Assembly (NCBI RefSeq): GCF_036365525.1
Contig: NW_027142325.1
Location: 372,001-436,000 of the forward strand
Source: Heterodontus francisci
Taxonomy: Eukaryota
Length of the DNA stretch: 64,000 nt
Direction of reading: 5' to 3'
Part shown: in pieces, positions 48,332-61,705 of the stretch
Numbering within the stretch: position 1 is the first letter of the stretch
How the letters are laid out: each line of letters opens with the position of its first letter
Translations under genes and position numbers: made by a program
The notes under the pieces: generated by a model
Told to the model about the DNA's origin: nothing
Seen by the model: the letters and a program-made list of their open reading frames with translations, nothing else
Database searches by the model: none

Positions 48332-51300
48332 TATAAACCATCTGAACCCGTCTGTTATATTCCAGCCTGTAACTCACTGTTATTTATCCATTATTTAATG
48401 TATAAACTACCCAAACCCCTCTGTTATATTCCAGCTTGTAACTCACTGTTATTTATCCATTATTCTATGTATAAACTACCCAAACCCCTCTGTTATATTC
48501 CAGCCTGTAACTCACTGTTATTTATCCATTATTCTATGTATAAACTACCCAAACCCCTCTGTTATATTCCAGCCTGTAACTCACTGTTATTTATCCATTA
48601 TTTAATGTATAAACTACCCAAACCCCTCTGTTATATTCCAGCTTGTAACTCACTGTTATTTATCCATTATTCTATGTATAAACTACCCAAACCCCTCTGT
48701 TATATTCCAGCCTGTAACTCACTGTTATTTATCCATTATTCTATGTATAAACTACCCAAACCCCTCTGTTATATTCCAGCTTGTAACTCACTGTTATTTA
48801 TCCATTATTCTATGTATAAACTACCCAAACCCCTCTGTTATATTCCAGCCTGTAACTCACTGTTATTTATCCATTATTCTATGTATAAACTACCCAAACC
48901 CCTCTGTTATATTCCAGCTTGTAACTCACTGTTATTTATCCATTATTCTATGTATAAACTACCCAAACCCCTCTGTTATATTCCAGCCTGTAACTCACTG
49001 TTATTTATCCATTATTCTATGTATAAACTACCCAAACCCCTCTGTTATATTCCAGCCTGTAACTCACTGTTATTTATCCATTATTTAATGTATAAACTAC
49101 CCAAACCCCTCTGTTATATTCCAGCCTGTAACTCACTGTTATTTATCCATTATTTAATGTATAAACTACCCAAACCCCTCTGTTATATTCCAGCCTGTAA
49201 CTCACTGTTATTTATCCATTATTCTATGTATAAACTACCCAAATCCCTCTGTTATATTCCAGCCTGTAACTCACTGTTATTTATCCATTATTTAATGTAT
49301 AAACTACCCAAACCCCTCTGTTATATTCCAGCCTGTAACTCACTGTTATTTATCCATTATTCTATGTATAAACTACCCAAATCCCTCTGTTATATTCCAG
49401 CCTGTAACTCACTGTTATTTATCCATTATTTAATGTATAAACTACCCAAACCCCTCTGTTATATTCCAGCCTGTAACTCACCGTTATTTATCCATTATTC
49501 TATAAATTACCCAAATCCCTCTGTTATATTCCGGCCTGTAACTCACTGTTATTTATCCATTATTCTATGTATAAACTACCCAAATCCCTCTGTTATATTC
49601 CAGCCTGTAACTCACTGTTATTTATCCATTATTCTATGTATAAACTACCCAAACCCCTCTGTTATATTCCAGCCTGTAACTCACCGTTATTTATCCATTA
49701 TTCTATAAATTACCCAAATCCCTCTGTTATATTCCGGCCTGTAACTCACTGTTATTTATCCATTATTCTATGTATAAACTACCCAAATCCCTCTGTTATA
49801 TTCCAGCCTGTAACTCACTGTTATTTATCCATTATTCTATGTATAAACTACCCAAACCCCTCTGTTATATTCCAGCCTGTAACTCACTGTTATTTATCCA
49901 TTATTCTATGTATAAACTACCCAAATCCCTCTGTTATATTCCAGCCTGTAACTCACTGTTATTTATCCATTATTCTATGTATAAACTACCCAAACCCCTC
50001 TGTCATATTCCAGCCTGTAACTCACTGTTATTTATCCATTATTTAATGTATAAACTACCCAAACCCCTCTGTTATATTCCAGCCTGTAACTCACTGTTAT
50101 TTATCCATTATTCTATGTATAAACTACCCAAATCCCTCTGTTATATTCCAGCCTGTAACTCACTGTTATTTATCCATTATTTAATGTATAAACTACCCAA
50201 ACCCCTCTGTTATATTCCAGCCTGTAACTCACTGTTATTTATCCATTATTCTATGTATAAACTACCCAAATCCCTCTGTTATATTCCAGCCTGTAACTCA
50301 CTGTTATTTATCCATTATTTAATGTATAAACTACCCAAACCCCTCTGTTATATTCCAGCCTGTAACTCACTGTTATTTATCCATTATTCTATGTATAAAC
50401 TACCCAAATCCCTCTGTTATATTCCAGCCTGTAACTCACTGTTATTTATCCATTATTCTATAAATTACCCAAATCCCTCTGTTATATTCCAGCCTGTAAC
50501 TCACTGTTATTTATCCATTATTCTATGTATAAACTACCCAAACCCCTCTGTTATATTCCAGCCTGTAACTCACTGTTATTTATCCATTATTCTATGTATA
50601 AACTACCCAAATCCCTCTGTTATATTCCAGCCTGTAACTCACTGTTATTTATCCATTATTTAATGTATAAACTACCCAAACCCCTCTGTTATATTCCAGC
50701 CTGTAACTCACTGTTATTTATCCATTATTTAATGTATAAACTACCCAAATCCCTCTGTTATATTCCAGCCTGTAACTCACTGTTATTTATCCATTATTCT
50801 ATGTATAAACTACCCAAACCCCTCTGTTATATTCCAGCCTGTAACTCACTGTTATTTATCCATTATTCTATGTATAAACTACCCAAATCCCTCTGTTATA
50901 TTCCAGCTTGTAACTCACTGTTATTTATCCATTATTCTATGTATAAACTACCCAAACCCCTCTGTTATATTCCAGCCTGTAACTCACTGTTATTTATCCA
51001 TTATTCTATGTATAAACTACCCAAACCCCTCTGTTATATTCCAGCCTGTAACTCACTGTTATTTATCCATTATTTAATGTATAAACTACCCAAACCCCTC
51101 TGTTATATTCCAGCCTGTAACTCACTGTTATTTATCCATTATTTAATGTATAAACTACCCAAATCCCTCTGTTATATTCCAGCTTGTAACTCACTGTTAT
51201 TTATCCATTATTCTATGTATAAACTACCCAAACCCCTCTGTTATATTCCAGCCTGTAACTCACTGTTATTTATCCATTATTCTATGTATAAACTACCCAA

Positions 51301-53206
51301 ATCCCTCTGTTATATTCCGGCCTGTAACTCACCGTTATTTATCCATTATTCTATAAATTACCCAAATCCCTCTGTTATATTCCGGCCTGTAACTCACTGG
51401 TATTTATCCATTATTCTATGTATAAACTACCCAAACCCCTCTGTTATATTCCAGCCTGTAACTCACTGTTATTTATCCATTATTCTATGTATAAACTACC
51501 CAAACCCCTCTGTTATATTCCAGCCTGTAACTCACTGTTATTTATCCATTATTTAATGTATAAACTACCCAAACCCCTCTGTTATATTCCAGCCTGTAAC
51601 TCACCGTTATTTATCCATTATTCTATAAATTACCCAAATCCCTCTGTTATATTCCGGCCTGTAACTCACCGTTATTTATCCATTATTCTATAAATTACCC
51701 AAATCCCTCTGTTATATTCCAGCCTGTAACTCACTGTTATTTATCCATTATTCTATGTATAAACTACCCAAATCCCTCTGTTATATTCCAGCCTGTAACT
51801 CACCGTTATTTATCCATTATTCTATAAATTACCCAAATCCCTCTGTTATATTCCGGCCTGTAACTCACTGTTATTTATCCATTATTCTATGTATAAACTA
51901 CCCAAACCCCTCTGTTATATTCCAGCCTGTAACTCACTGTTATTTATCCATTATTCTATGTATAAACTACCCAAACCCCTCTGTTATATTCCAGCCTGTA
52001 ACTCACCATTATTTATCCATTATTCTATGTATAAACTACCCAAACCCCTCTGTTATATTCCAGCCTGTAACTCACTGTTATTTATCCATTATTCTATGTA
52101 TAAACTACCCAAATCCCTCTGTTATATTCCAGCCTGTAACTCACCGTTATTTATCCATTATTCTATGTATAAACTACCCAAATCCCTCTGTTATATTCCA
52201 GCCTGTAACTCACTGTTATTTATCCATTATTCTATGTATAAACTACCCAAACCCCTCTGTTATATTCCAGCCTGTAACTCACTGTTATTTATCCATTATT
52301 CTATGTATAAACTACCCAAACCCCTCTGTTATATTCCAGCCTGTAACTCACTGTTATTTATCCATTATTCTATGTATAAACTACCCAAACCCCTCTGTTA
52401 TATTCCAGCCTGTAACTCACTGTTATTTATCCATTATTCTATAAATTACCCAAACCCCTCTGTTATATTCCAGCCTGTAACTCACCGTTATTTATCCATT
52501 ATTCTATAAATTACCCAAATCCCTCTGTTATATTCCGGCCTGTAACTCACTGTTATTTATCCATTATTCTATAAATTACCCAAATCCCTCTGTTATATTC
52601 CAGCCTGTAACTCACCGTTATTTATCCATTATTCTATAAATTACCCAAATCCCTCTGTTATATTCCGGCCTGTAACTCACTGTTATTTATCCATTATTCT
52701 ATAAATTACCCAAATCCCTCTGTTATATTCCAGCCTGTAACTCACCGTTATTTATCCATTATTCTATAAATTACCCAAATCCCTCTGTTATATTCCGGCC
52801 TGTAACTCACTGTTATTTATCCATTATTCTATAAATTACCCAAATCCCTCTGTTATATTCCAGCCTGTAACTCACCGTTATTTATCCATTATTCTATAAA
52901 TTACCCAAATCCCTCTGTTATATTCCAGCCTGTAACTCACCGTTATTTATCCATTATTCTATAAATTACCCAAATCCCTCTGTTATATTCCGGCCTGTAA
53001 CTCACCGTTATTTATCCATTATTCTATAAATTACCCAAATCCCTCTGTTATATTCCAGCCTGTAACTCACCGTTATTTATCCATTATTCTATAAATTACC
53101 CAAACCCCTCTGTTATATTCCAGCCTGTAACTCACTGTTATTTATCCATTATTCTATGTATAAACTACCCAAACCCCTCTGTTATATTCTAGCCTGTAAC
53201 TCACTC
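48332..53206 (+). repeat. Minisatellite, 69-bp unit with a 65-bp variant, roughly 70 copies
   Basis: tataaactacccaaacccctctgttatattccagcctgtaactcactgttatttatccattattctatg repeated; the 23-aa periodic ORFs reflect the 69-bp unit. Confidence 0.98.
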
Positions 53207-53367
53207 GTGTCTGATGTCTGTGTATAAACCATCCCAATCTGACCATATGATGTTATATCTGCTGTCACTAGATCACAATCAGTATATTATCTCACAGTTT
53301 GATTTTGAAACAGTATTCTCTGTCCCTGTGCTGTTTTAATATTCTCGCTCTCTCTCTCTCTCCACAG

Positions 53368-53751
53368 AGGTTTCTGCTAATGGTTGGACAATGAGCACTG
53401 CGGATGATGTGAGTGTTGAGGAAGGAGGGTCCGCTGTCTTGCCGTGTACTTTCACTCACCCACACCCTGATCAGACGGTCACCGGCTCTGTGATATGGTA
53501 CAAAGGCCGTTACAATGTTATTTTTAAGTGTACATATTCTGGTCCGGGCCATTCACAGAGTGAGCTGTGTGAGAATGTGATACAGCAGGACGGCGGGAAT
53601 CGATTCAGATTCGTGGGGAACTTCAGTAACAAAGATGTCTCAATAATGATGGAGCGGCTGATCCGGGCGGACAGCGGTCCTTATCAGTGTCGTGTGGAGC
53701 TCAATATTGGAAATATTAATGTACTGAAACTAACGAGTCTGAGAGTGGAAG
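53368..53751 (+). CDS. SIGLEC15-like: Ig V-set exon, Siglec-15-like sialic-acid-binding domain (V1)
   Basis: Acceptor (ct)n-ccacag|AG, donor G|GTGAGG, phase 1-1; WTM..VSVEEGGSAVLPCTFTHPH..IW..IFKC..SELC..RFRFVGN..DVSIMMERLIRADSGPYQCRVEL parallels recalled Siglec-15 WSM..AVLPCTFTHPH..VFRC..SELC..RFRLLGN..YFCRVEF, including the extra Cys pair and F-strand Arg. Confidence 0.88.
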
Positions 53752-55063
53752 GTGAGGAACAATGTTCAGGGGCTGCAGCTGCCCCGATAGCTCAATGGCT
53801 AAAGACTCCACCTGGTCTGGTCCTGAACCACATGGGTAAATAAACTCTCAGCAATCCCGGGATTTGAAAGGGGAATATTGCCCGGGATTCCTGCTCCTGA
53901 TCACTCTCCAGACACTCCTGCTGGAAGGTGTCTTATTGGACATTGAATAAGACAATGGGCCAGCATGTGATGCTCTCCACAGTCAAATAGTCCATTGCCA
54001 CTCATTGACCAGGCTTGTGCTGTAAGGAAGGCCATCTGGGTGAGATCAGTAATAATATTTTAGGATAATGAGCTATTTCAGTTTGGACATTGGGTAAGTG
54101 CAGCATGTCCATCTCAGTCTCAGTGCTGTAGGCCTGCAGTGTCCAGCTCAAAGCTGATTGGACCTGTTCCACCACTTCATATATTCTCAGTGGAGAATTG
54201 GCGGGTGGATCACAGGGAGACGATGTCAATTGGGTCATTGCTGCTCAGCTCACACTTCAGGGCAGTACCGAGGGAGTGCTGCACTGGCTGAGGTGCCATT
54301 AGCTGCACTTTAACCTTCCTCCGATGTTGCCCCGCACGTCGATTGAATCTTCTGGGCATTTCTGGGACCAATGGGAAATGATATTTAACCGAGACAAATG
54401 CAGTGTGATGCGGGTAGGTAGGATCAACACGGAATTCACTGAACATTTACAGGGAATAATACAGAAAGTGGCTGAGAGAGAAAAGGATCGAGACTGTTAA
54501 TGTACACACATCACTCAAAATTCACAACCAATGCAGTGAAGCCATTGACAAAACAAACAGGGCATTGGGTTGTATTAACAAAACCATTCAGTACAAGTCA
54601 AACCACTTCCCACTTTCTGCTAGTCTGAGAAACGTCCCTGACCTCTTACCCTCTGTTTCCTGTTTTGTCACCATCTTTCAATCTGTTCTGCTACCCGGCC
54701 TCCTGAGCCCACAATCCCTGGGATCTCCACTGGCTGAGTACTACACTGGGCAATGCCTCTACCTACTGGACCACAGGGAGAGCTCAGAACTGAAATAAAT
54801 TAAAGTTCTCATCAAGACCTGGATTTTGCTGCCTCACTGTGTGGTGGAGGGAGGTTCAATTGAAACATTTAAAAGGGAATTAGATTGAAATAAAGGAAGA
54901 ATGTGCAGGGTTTTGGGGAGAAGGCGGGGGGAATAGCAGGAAGTGAATTGCTCTTTCGGTGAGCCGGTGCAGACATGTTGGGCTGAATGGTCTCCTTCTG
55001 CAGTGTAACAATTCTGTGATCTGTGAAGACACTGATCCATTCTAATGTCTGTCCTTTCCTCAG

Positions 55064-55414
55064 CTGCTAGTGGAAATGTCTCAGTGGTGACTGGGACCGA
55101 GGGAGCTTCAGTTACATTGCCCTGTATGTTCACACCCAGGAGTTACCGCACCCTGTCCACTGTTACATGGATGAGGAAGGAGCCCTACCAACACATAGTC
55201 ACATTTAGAGCCCAATCAAATGGATCTTGGACAACTGCAAATGGTGGAAATCGGTACGAGCTCATCGGGAATCCAAAGGAGGGAAACGCCTCAACCAGGA
55301 TAAACCAGCTGAGTGTGAATAACAATCACACTTACCTGTGTCTGGTGGAATACACATCATTGGACAATTATCAACATCTGATCCAGACTGAGACACAGCT
55401 GCAGGTTGTACATG
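55064..55414 (+). CDS. Second Ig V-set exon (V2), Siglec/PILR-like fold lacking the F-strand Arg
   Basis: Acceptor ctttcctcag|CT, donor G|GTAAGA, phase 1-1; GASVTLPCMF..VTW..RYELIGNPKEGNASTRINQL..TYLCLVEY..TQLQV. Confidence 0.87.
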
Positions 55415-55491
55415 GTAAGAAACCATTCCCACATTCTCCAGTGTATCGAGGTTGTACAGTGAGGGTGAGCAGTGTAATATAAAACACTCAT

Positions 55492-55795
55492 CAGCTGTGG
55501 CTCAGTGGTTATCACTCTCACCTCTGAGTCAGTCGGTTGTGGGTTCAAGACACTCCAATGCAATACTGATGGAATGTGACACTGTTTAAGGTACTGTGTA
55601 TGAGAAGAGATATTAAAGTAAGGCCTTATCTGGAAGAGTATGGGAGTTGACCTAATGTCCTGGTCAATACTTATCTCTGAACCAACATCATCAAACCATA
55701 GTCTGATAATTATCTCATTGCTGTTTATGGGATCTTGCTGTGTGCAAATTATCTGCTGTGTATCCTGCATTAAAACAGTGACTACACTTCAAAAA
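55492..55795 (+). mobile_element. Decayed Deu-type SINE remnant
   Basis: Head cagctgtggctcagtggttatcactctcacctctgagtcag..gggttcaag; tail cagtgactacacttcaaaa. Confidence 0.55.
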
Positions 55796-56514
55796 CAAAG
55801 TTCTGTCATTCACTGACTTCCTGGCTGACCTGCATCTTAACTCCATTTAATGAACTTGTTTCTGGAACCCTTCCTACCCTTGTCTAACAAAATCTATCAA
55901 TCTCAGTGTTGAAATTTTCAATACATTCCCAGCATCAATAGCTTTTCCAGGGAGAGTTTCAGATTTCCATTATCCTTTGTGTGAAGAAGTCCTTCCTGAC
56001 ATCACCCCAAACAGCCCAGCTCTAATTTGAAGGTTATGGCCCCTTGTTCTGGACTCTCCCACCAGAGGAAATAGTTTCTCTCTATCTGTCCGGTGCCAGG
56101 GATCGGGACATCGGCTCAGGGCTGGAGAGGAACTTGCAGTGGGAGGGGGAGGATCCAGTTGTCATCATCCCCATGGGTACCAACAACGTATTTATAGAAC
56201 CAGGAAAAAGGTTCTGCAAAGCGAGTATGAGCAGCTAGAAGCTAAATTAAAAAGCAGGACCACAAAGGAAATAACCTCTGGGGTATTACCTGAGCCACGA
56301 GCATATTGGCGGAGGGTAAATAAGATTAGATAGTTAAATGCATCGCTCAAAGAGTGATGAGGGAGAACTGGGTTTTGATTTATGGGGCACTGGCACCTGT
56401 ACTGGGGAATGTGGGAGCTGTACCGTTGGCACGGTCTTCATCTGAACCATGTTGGGACCAGTGTTCTGTTGAGTCATATAACTAGGGCAGTAGAGAGGGC
56501 TTTTACACTAAAAG

Positions 56515-59205
56515 GAAGGATGAATGAGAATGGACAGAGACTGCTTGAGTTGTGTACCTATCATAACCTCTGCATCACCAACTTGTTCTTTCACACTAAA
56601 CCCTGTCACCAGGTTTCTTGGAGGCACCCAAGATCACGTCGTTGGCACCAGCTGGACCTCATCGTCACAAGGCGAGCCTCTCTAAACAGCGTTCAAATCA
56701 CACGCAGCTTCCACAGTGCGGACTGCGACACCGACCACTCCCTGGTGTGCAGCAAAGTTAGACTCAAACCAAAAAAGCTGCATCACTCCAAGCAGTAGGG
56801 CCGCCCGCGCATCAACACGAGCAGAATTTCTTATCCACAGCTGTTACATAAGTTTCTAAATTCACTTGAAAAAGCCCTTCAAAACACTCCCTCAGGGGAT
56901 GCAGAGACCAAGTGGGCCCACATCAGAGACACCATCTATGACTCAGCAATGACCACCTATGGCAAACGTGTGAAGCAGAATGCAGACTGGTTTCAATCTC
57001 ACTTTGAAGAGCTGGAACCTGTCATAGCCGCTAAGTGCATTGCACTGCTGAACGACAAGAAAGCCCCCAGCGAGTTAACATCCGTAGCACTTAAAGCAGC
57101 CAGAAGCACTGCACAAAGAACAGTCAGGCGCTGCACAAATGACTACTGGCAACACCTATGCAGTCATATTCAGCTGGCCTCTGACACCGGAAACATCAGA
57201 GGAATGTTTGATGGCATTAAGAGAGCTTTTGGGCCAACCATCAAGAAGATCGCCCCCCCTCAAATCTAAATCAGGGGACACAATCACTGACCAAGGCAAG
57301 CAAATCGACCGCTGGGTTGAGCACTACCGAGAGCTGTACTCCAGGGAAAATGTTGTCACTGAGACCATCCTCAATGCAGCCCAGTCTCTGCCAGTCATGG
57401 ATGAGCTGGATGTACAGCCATCAAAATCGGAACTCAGTGATGCCATTGATCCTTTAGCCAACGGAAAAGCCCCTGGGAAGGACGGCATTACCCCTGAAAT
57501 AATCAAGAGTGCCAAGACTGCTATACTTTCAGCACTGTACAAACTGCTTTGCCTGTGCTGGGATGAGGGAGCAGTACCACATGACATGCGCGATGCCAAT
57601 ATCATCAACCTCTGTAAGAACAAAGGTGACCGCGGTGAATGCAACAACTACTGTGAAATCTCCCTGCTCAGCATAGTGGGTAAAGTCTTCGCTCGAGTTG
57701 CTTTAAACAGGCTCCAGAAGCTGGCTGAGCGTGTCTACCCTGAGGCACAGTGTGGTTTTCGAGCAGAGAGATCCACCACTGACATGCTGTTCTCCCTTCG
57801 TCAGATACAGGAGAAATGCCGTGAACAACAGATGCCCCTCTACGTTGCTGTCATTGATCTCACCAAAGCCTTTGACCTCATCAGCAGACGTGGTCTCTTC
57901 AGACTACTAGAAAAGATCGGATGTCCACCAAAGCTACTAAATATCATCACCTCATTCCATGACAATATGAAAGGCACAATTCAGCATAGCGGCGCCTCAT
58001 CAGACCCCTTTCCTATCCTGAGTGGCGTGAAACAGGGCTGTGTTCTCGCACCCACACTGTTTGAGATCTTCTTCTCCCTGCTGCTCTCTCATGTGTTCAA
58101 GTCTTCAGAAGAAGGAATTTTCCTCCACGCAAGATCAGATGGCAGGTTGTTCAACCTTGCCCGTCTAAGAGCGAAGACCAAAGTACAGAAAGTCCTCATC
58201 AGGGAACTCCTCTTTGCTGACGATGCTGCTTTAACATCTCACACGGAAGAGTGCCTGCAGAGTTTCATTGACAGGTTTGCGGCTGCCTGCAATGAATTTG
58301 GCCTAACCATCAGCCTCAAGAAAACGAACATCATGGGACAGGACGTCAGAAATGCTCCATCCATCAATATCAGTGACCATGCTCTGGAAGTGGTTCAAGA
58401 GTTCACCTAGCTGGGCTCAACTATCACCAGTAACCTGTCTCTGGATGCAGAAATCAACAAGCGCATGGGAAAGGCTTCCACTGCTATGTCCAGACTGGCC
58501 AAGAGAGTGTGGGAAAATGGCGCACTGACACGGAACACAAAAGTCCGAGTGTATCAAGCCTGTATCCTCAGTACCTTGCTCTACAGCAGCGAGGCCTGGA
58601 CAAAGTATGTCAGCCAAGAGCGACGTCTCAATTCATTCCATCTTCACTGCCTCCGGAGAATCCTTGGCATCAGGTGGCAGGACCGTATCTCCAACACAGA
58701 AGTGTTCGAGGCGGCCAACATCCCCAGCTTGTACACACTACTGAGTCAGCGGTACTTGAGATGGCTTGGCCATGTGAGCCGCATGGAAGATGGCAGGATC
58801 CCAAAGGACACATTGTACAGCGAGCTCGTCACTGGTATCAGACCCACCAGCTGTCCATGTCTCCGCTTTAAAGACGTCTGCAAACGCGACATGACGTCCT
58901 GTGACATTATTCACAAGTCGTGGGAGTCAGTTGCCAGTGATCGCCAGAGCTGGCGGGCAGCCATAAAGGCGGGGTAAAGCGTGGCGAGTCGAAGATACTG
59001 AGCAGTTGGCCGGAAAAAGAACAGAAGCGCAAGGGGAGAGCCAACTGTGTAACAGCCCTGACAACCAATTTTATCTGCAGCGCCTGTGGAAGAGTCTGTC
59101 ACTCTAGAATTGGCCTTTACAGCCACTCCAGGCGCTGCTCCACAAACCACTGACCACCTCCAGGCGCTTACCCATTGTCTCTCGAGACAAGTAGGCCAAA
59201 GAGTG
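56515..59205 (+). mobile_element. RTE-clade (BovB-like) LINE, 5'-truncated
   Basis: NENGQRLLELC, TDHSLV (APE end), GKAPGKDGI, AQCGFR, IDLTKAFD, GVKQGCVLAP, LFADD, RWLGHVSRM. Confidence 0.92.
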
Positions 59206-60539
59206 GGGGGAAGAGATCATGTGAGAGGAGATGTGGTAAATCAAATGAAAACGATAAGGTAATCGAGCAGAGTGGCGAATTAAGTAGTGATAACCAGAGT
59301 GCGGCAAGCTTAAGAGTGTACCAGCAGAGAAGACCAGAGATGGCAGAAATGGTATAAAGAGAGAGTTAAAGGCGCTGTATCTGAATGCACACAGCATTCG
59401 TAATGAACAGTTGCTACACTGTATGACAGAGTATACAGGAAGAAATAAATGGGGCCTGTAAGAAAGGTACTGCAATCACATGGGTGATTTTAATCTATAT
59501 AGATTGGACGAATCAGATTGGCAAATGTTGCTTGAAAAATGAGTTCACAGAGTGTATTTCGGACAATTTCACAGAGCAGTACGTTCTGGAACCAACTAGG
59601 GAGCATGCTATTCTAGACCTGGTAATGTGCAATGAGACAGGATTGGTCATTAACCTCATGGTAAAGGAGCCTCTAGGTGACAGTGATTATAACATGAGAG
59701 AATTTCACATTCAGTTTGAAGGGGAGATGTGTGGGCCTAAGACGAGTGTTTAAACCTAAATAAAGGTAAATACAAGAGTATGCCAGCAAAAAATATAAAA
59801 TCAGACTGTAAAAGCTTCTACAGGTACGTAAAAAGGAAAAAGACAAATGTGGGTCCATTACAGGCAGAGTAAGGACAATTTATAATGGGAATAGAGAAAT
59901 GGCAGAGAAGCTAAATAATTATTTTGTGTCTGTCTTCCCTGAGGAAGATATAAGAAATTTCCCAGAATTAGAGATCCAAGGGGTTAGGGGGAATGAGGAA
60001 TTGAAGGAAATTAGTATTAGTAAGAAGATTGTATTGGAGAAATTAATGGGGCTGAAGGTTGATAAGTCCCCGGGACCTGATATTCTACATCCCAGAGTGT
60101 TTAAAAAGGTAGCTATGGAGATAGTGGATGCATTGGTGATCATCTTCCAAAATTCTATAGATTCTGGAGCAATTCCTGCAGATTGGAAGGTTGCAAATGT
60201 CATCCCACTATTTAAGAAGGGAGGGAGAGAAAACAGGGAATTACAGACCTGTTAGCCTTACATCGGTCATTGGGAAAATGCTAGAATCTATTCTAAAGGA
60301 TGTGATAAATGGACACTTGGATAATAATGATCTGATTGGGCATAGTCAACATGGATTTATGAATGGGAAATCATGTTTGATGAACCTGTTGAAGTTTTTT
60401 GAGGATGTTACTAACAGAATTGATAAAGCAGAGTGGTATACCTGGATTTTCAGAAGGCTTTTGATAAAGTCCCCCACAGGAGGTTGTTTAGCAAAATTAA
60501 AGCACATGGGATAGGAGGTAATCTACTGGCATGGATTTC

Positions 60540-61705
60540 TTTCTTTTTCTTTTTCTTTTGGGCCTCCTTATCTCGAGAGACAATGGATACGCGCCTGGAG
60601 GTGGTCAGTGGTTTGTGAAGCAGCGCCTGGAGTGGCTATAAAGGCCAATTCTGGAGTGACAGGCTCTTCCACAGGTGCTGCAGAGAAATTTGTTTGTTGG
60701 GGCTGTTGCACAGTTGGCTCTCCCCTTGCGCCTCTGTCTTTTTTCCTGCCAACTACTAAGTCTCTTCGACTCGCCACAATTTAGCCCTGTCTTTATGGCT
60801 GCCCGCCAGCTCTGGCGAATGCTGGCAACTGACTCCCACGACTTGTGATCAATGTCACACGATTTCATGTCGCGTTTGCAGACGTCTTTATAACGGAGAC
60901 ATGGACGGCCGGTGGGTCTGATACCAGTGGCGAGCTCGCTGTACAATGTGTCTTTGGGGATCCTGCCATCTTCCATGCGGCTCACATGGCCAAGCCATCT
61001 CAAGCGCCGCTGACTCAGTAGTGTGTATAAGCTGGGGGTGTTGGCCGCTTCAAGGACTTCTGTGTTGGAGATATAGTCCTGCCACCTGATGCCAAGTATT
61101 CTCCGAAGGCAGCGAAGATGGAATGAATTGAGACGTCGCTCTTGTCTGGCATACGTTGTCCAGGCCTCGCTGCCGTAGAGCAAGGTACTGAGGACACAGG
61201 CCTGATACACTCGGACTTTTGTGTTCCGTGTCAGTGCGCCATTTTCCCACACTCTCTTGGCCAGTCTGGACATAGCAGTGGAAGCCTTACCCATGCGCTT
61301 GTTGATTTCTGCATCTAGAGACAGGTTACTGGTGATAGTTGAGCCTAGGTAGGTGAACTCTTGAACCACTTCCAGAGCGTGGTCGCCAATATTGATGGAT
61401 GGAGCATTTCTGACATCCTGCCCCATGATGTTCGTTTTCTTGAGGCTGATGGTTAGGCCAAATTCATTGCAGGCAGACGCAAACCTGTCGATGAGACTCT
61501 GCAGGCATTCTTCAGTGTGAGATGTTAAAGCAGCATCGTCAGCAAAGAGGAGTTCTCTGATGAGGACTTTCCGTACTTTGGACTTGGCTCTTAGACGGGC
61601 AAGGTTGAACAACCTGCCCCCTGATCTTGTGTGGAGGAAAATTCCTTCTTCAGAGGATTTGAACGCATGTGAAAGCAGCAGGGAGAAGAAAATCCCAAAA
61701 AGTGT
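60540..61705 (-). mobile_element. RTE-clade LINE 3' fragment, same family, younger (open 335-aa ORF)
   Basis: LLFADD, FTYLGS, RWLGHVSRM, C-terminal CSTCGRACHSRIGLYSH; (aaaag)n tail. Confidence 0.92.

Noticed and set aside
48029-52509. Long ORFs of repeated MYKLPKPLCYIPACNSLLFIHYS (up to 559 aa)
   Set aside because: By-product of a stop-free 69-bp (3n) tandem unit; frames switch at every 65-bp variant; no gene structure
48332-53206. CRISPR-like array
   Set aside because: Head-to-tail units with no unique spacers, no cas genes, eukaryotic context
53770-54310. Possible old SINE remnants or an extra exon between V1 and V2
   Set aside because: Too decayed to assign a family; no convincing open, splice-bounded Ig or TM exon
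53368-55414. Rearranging Ig/TCR/IgNAR V segments
   Set aside because: Each exon includes its own G strand and ends at a GT splice donor; no heptamer-spacer-nonamer RSS follows; motifs match Siglec-15-type V domains
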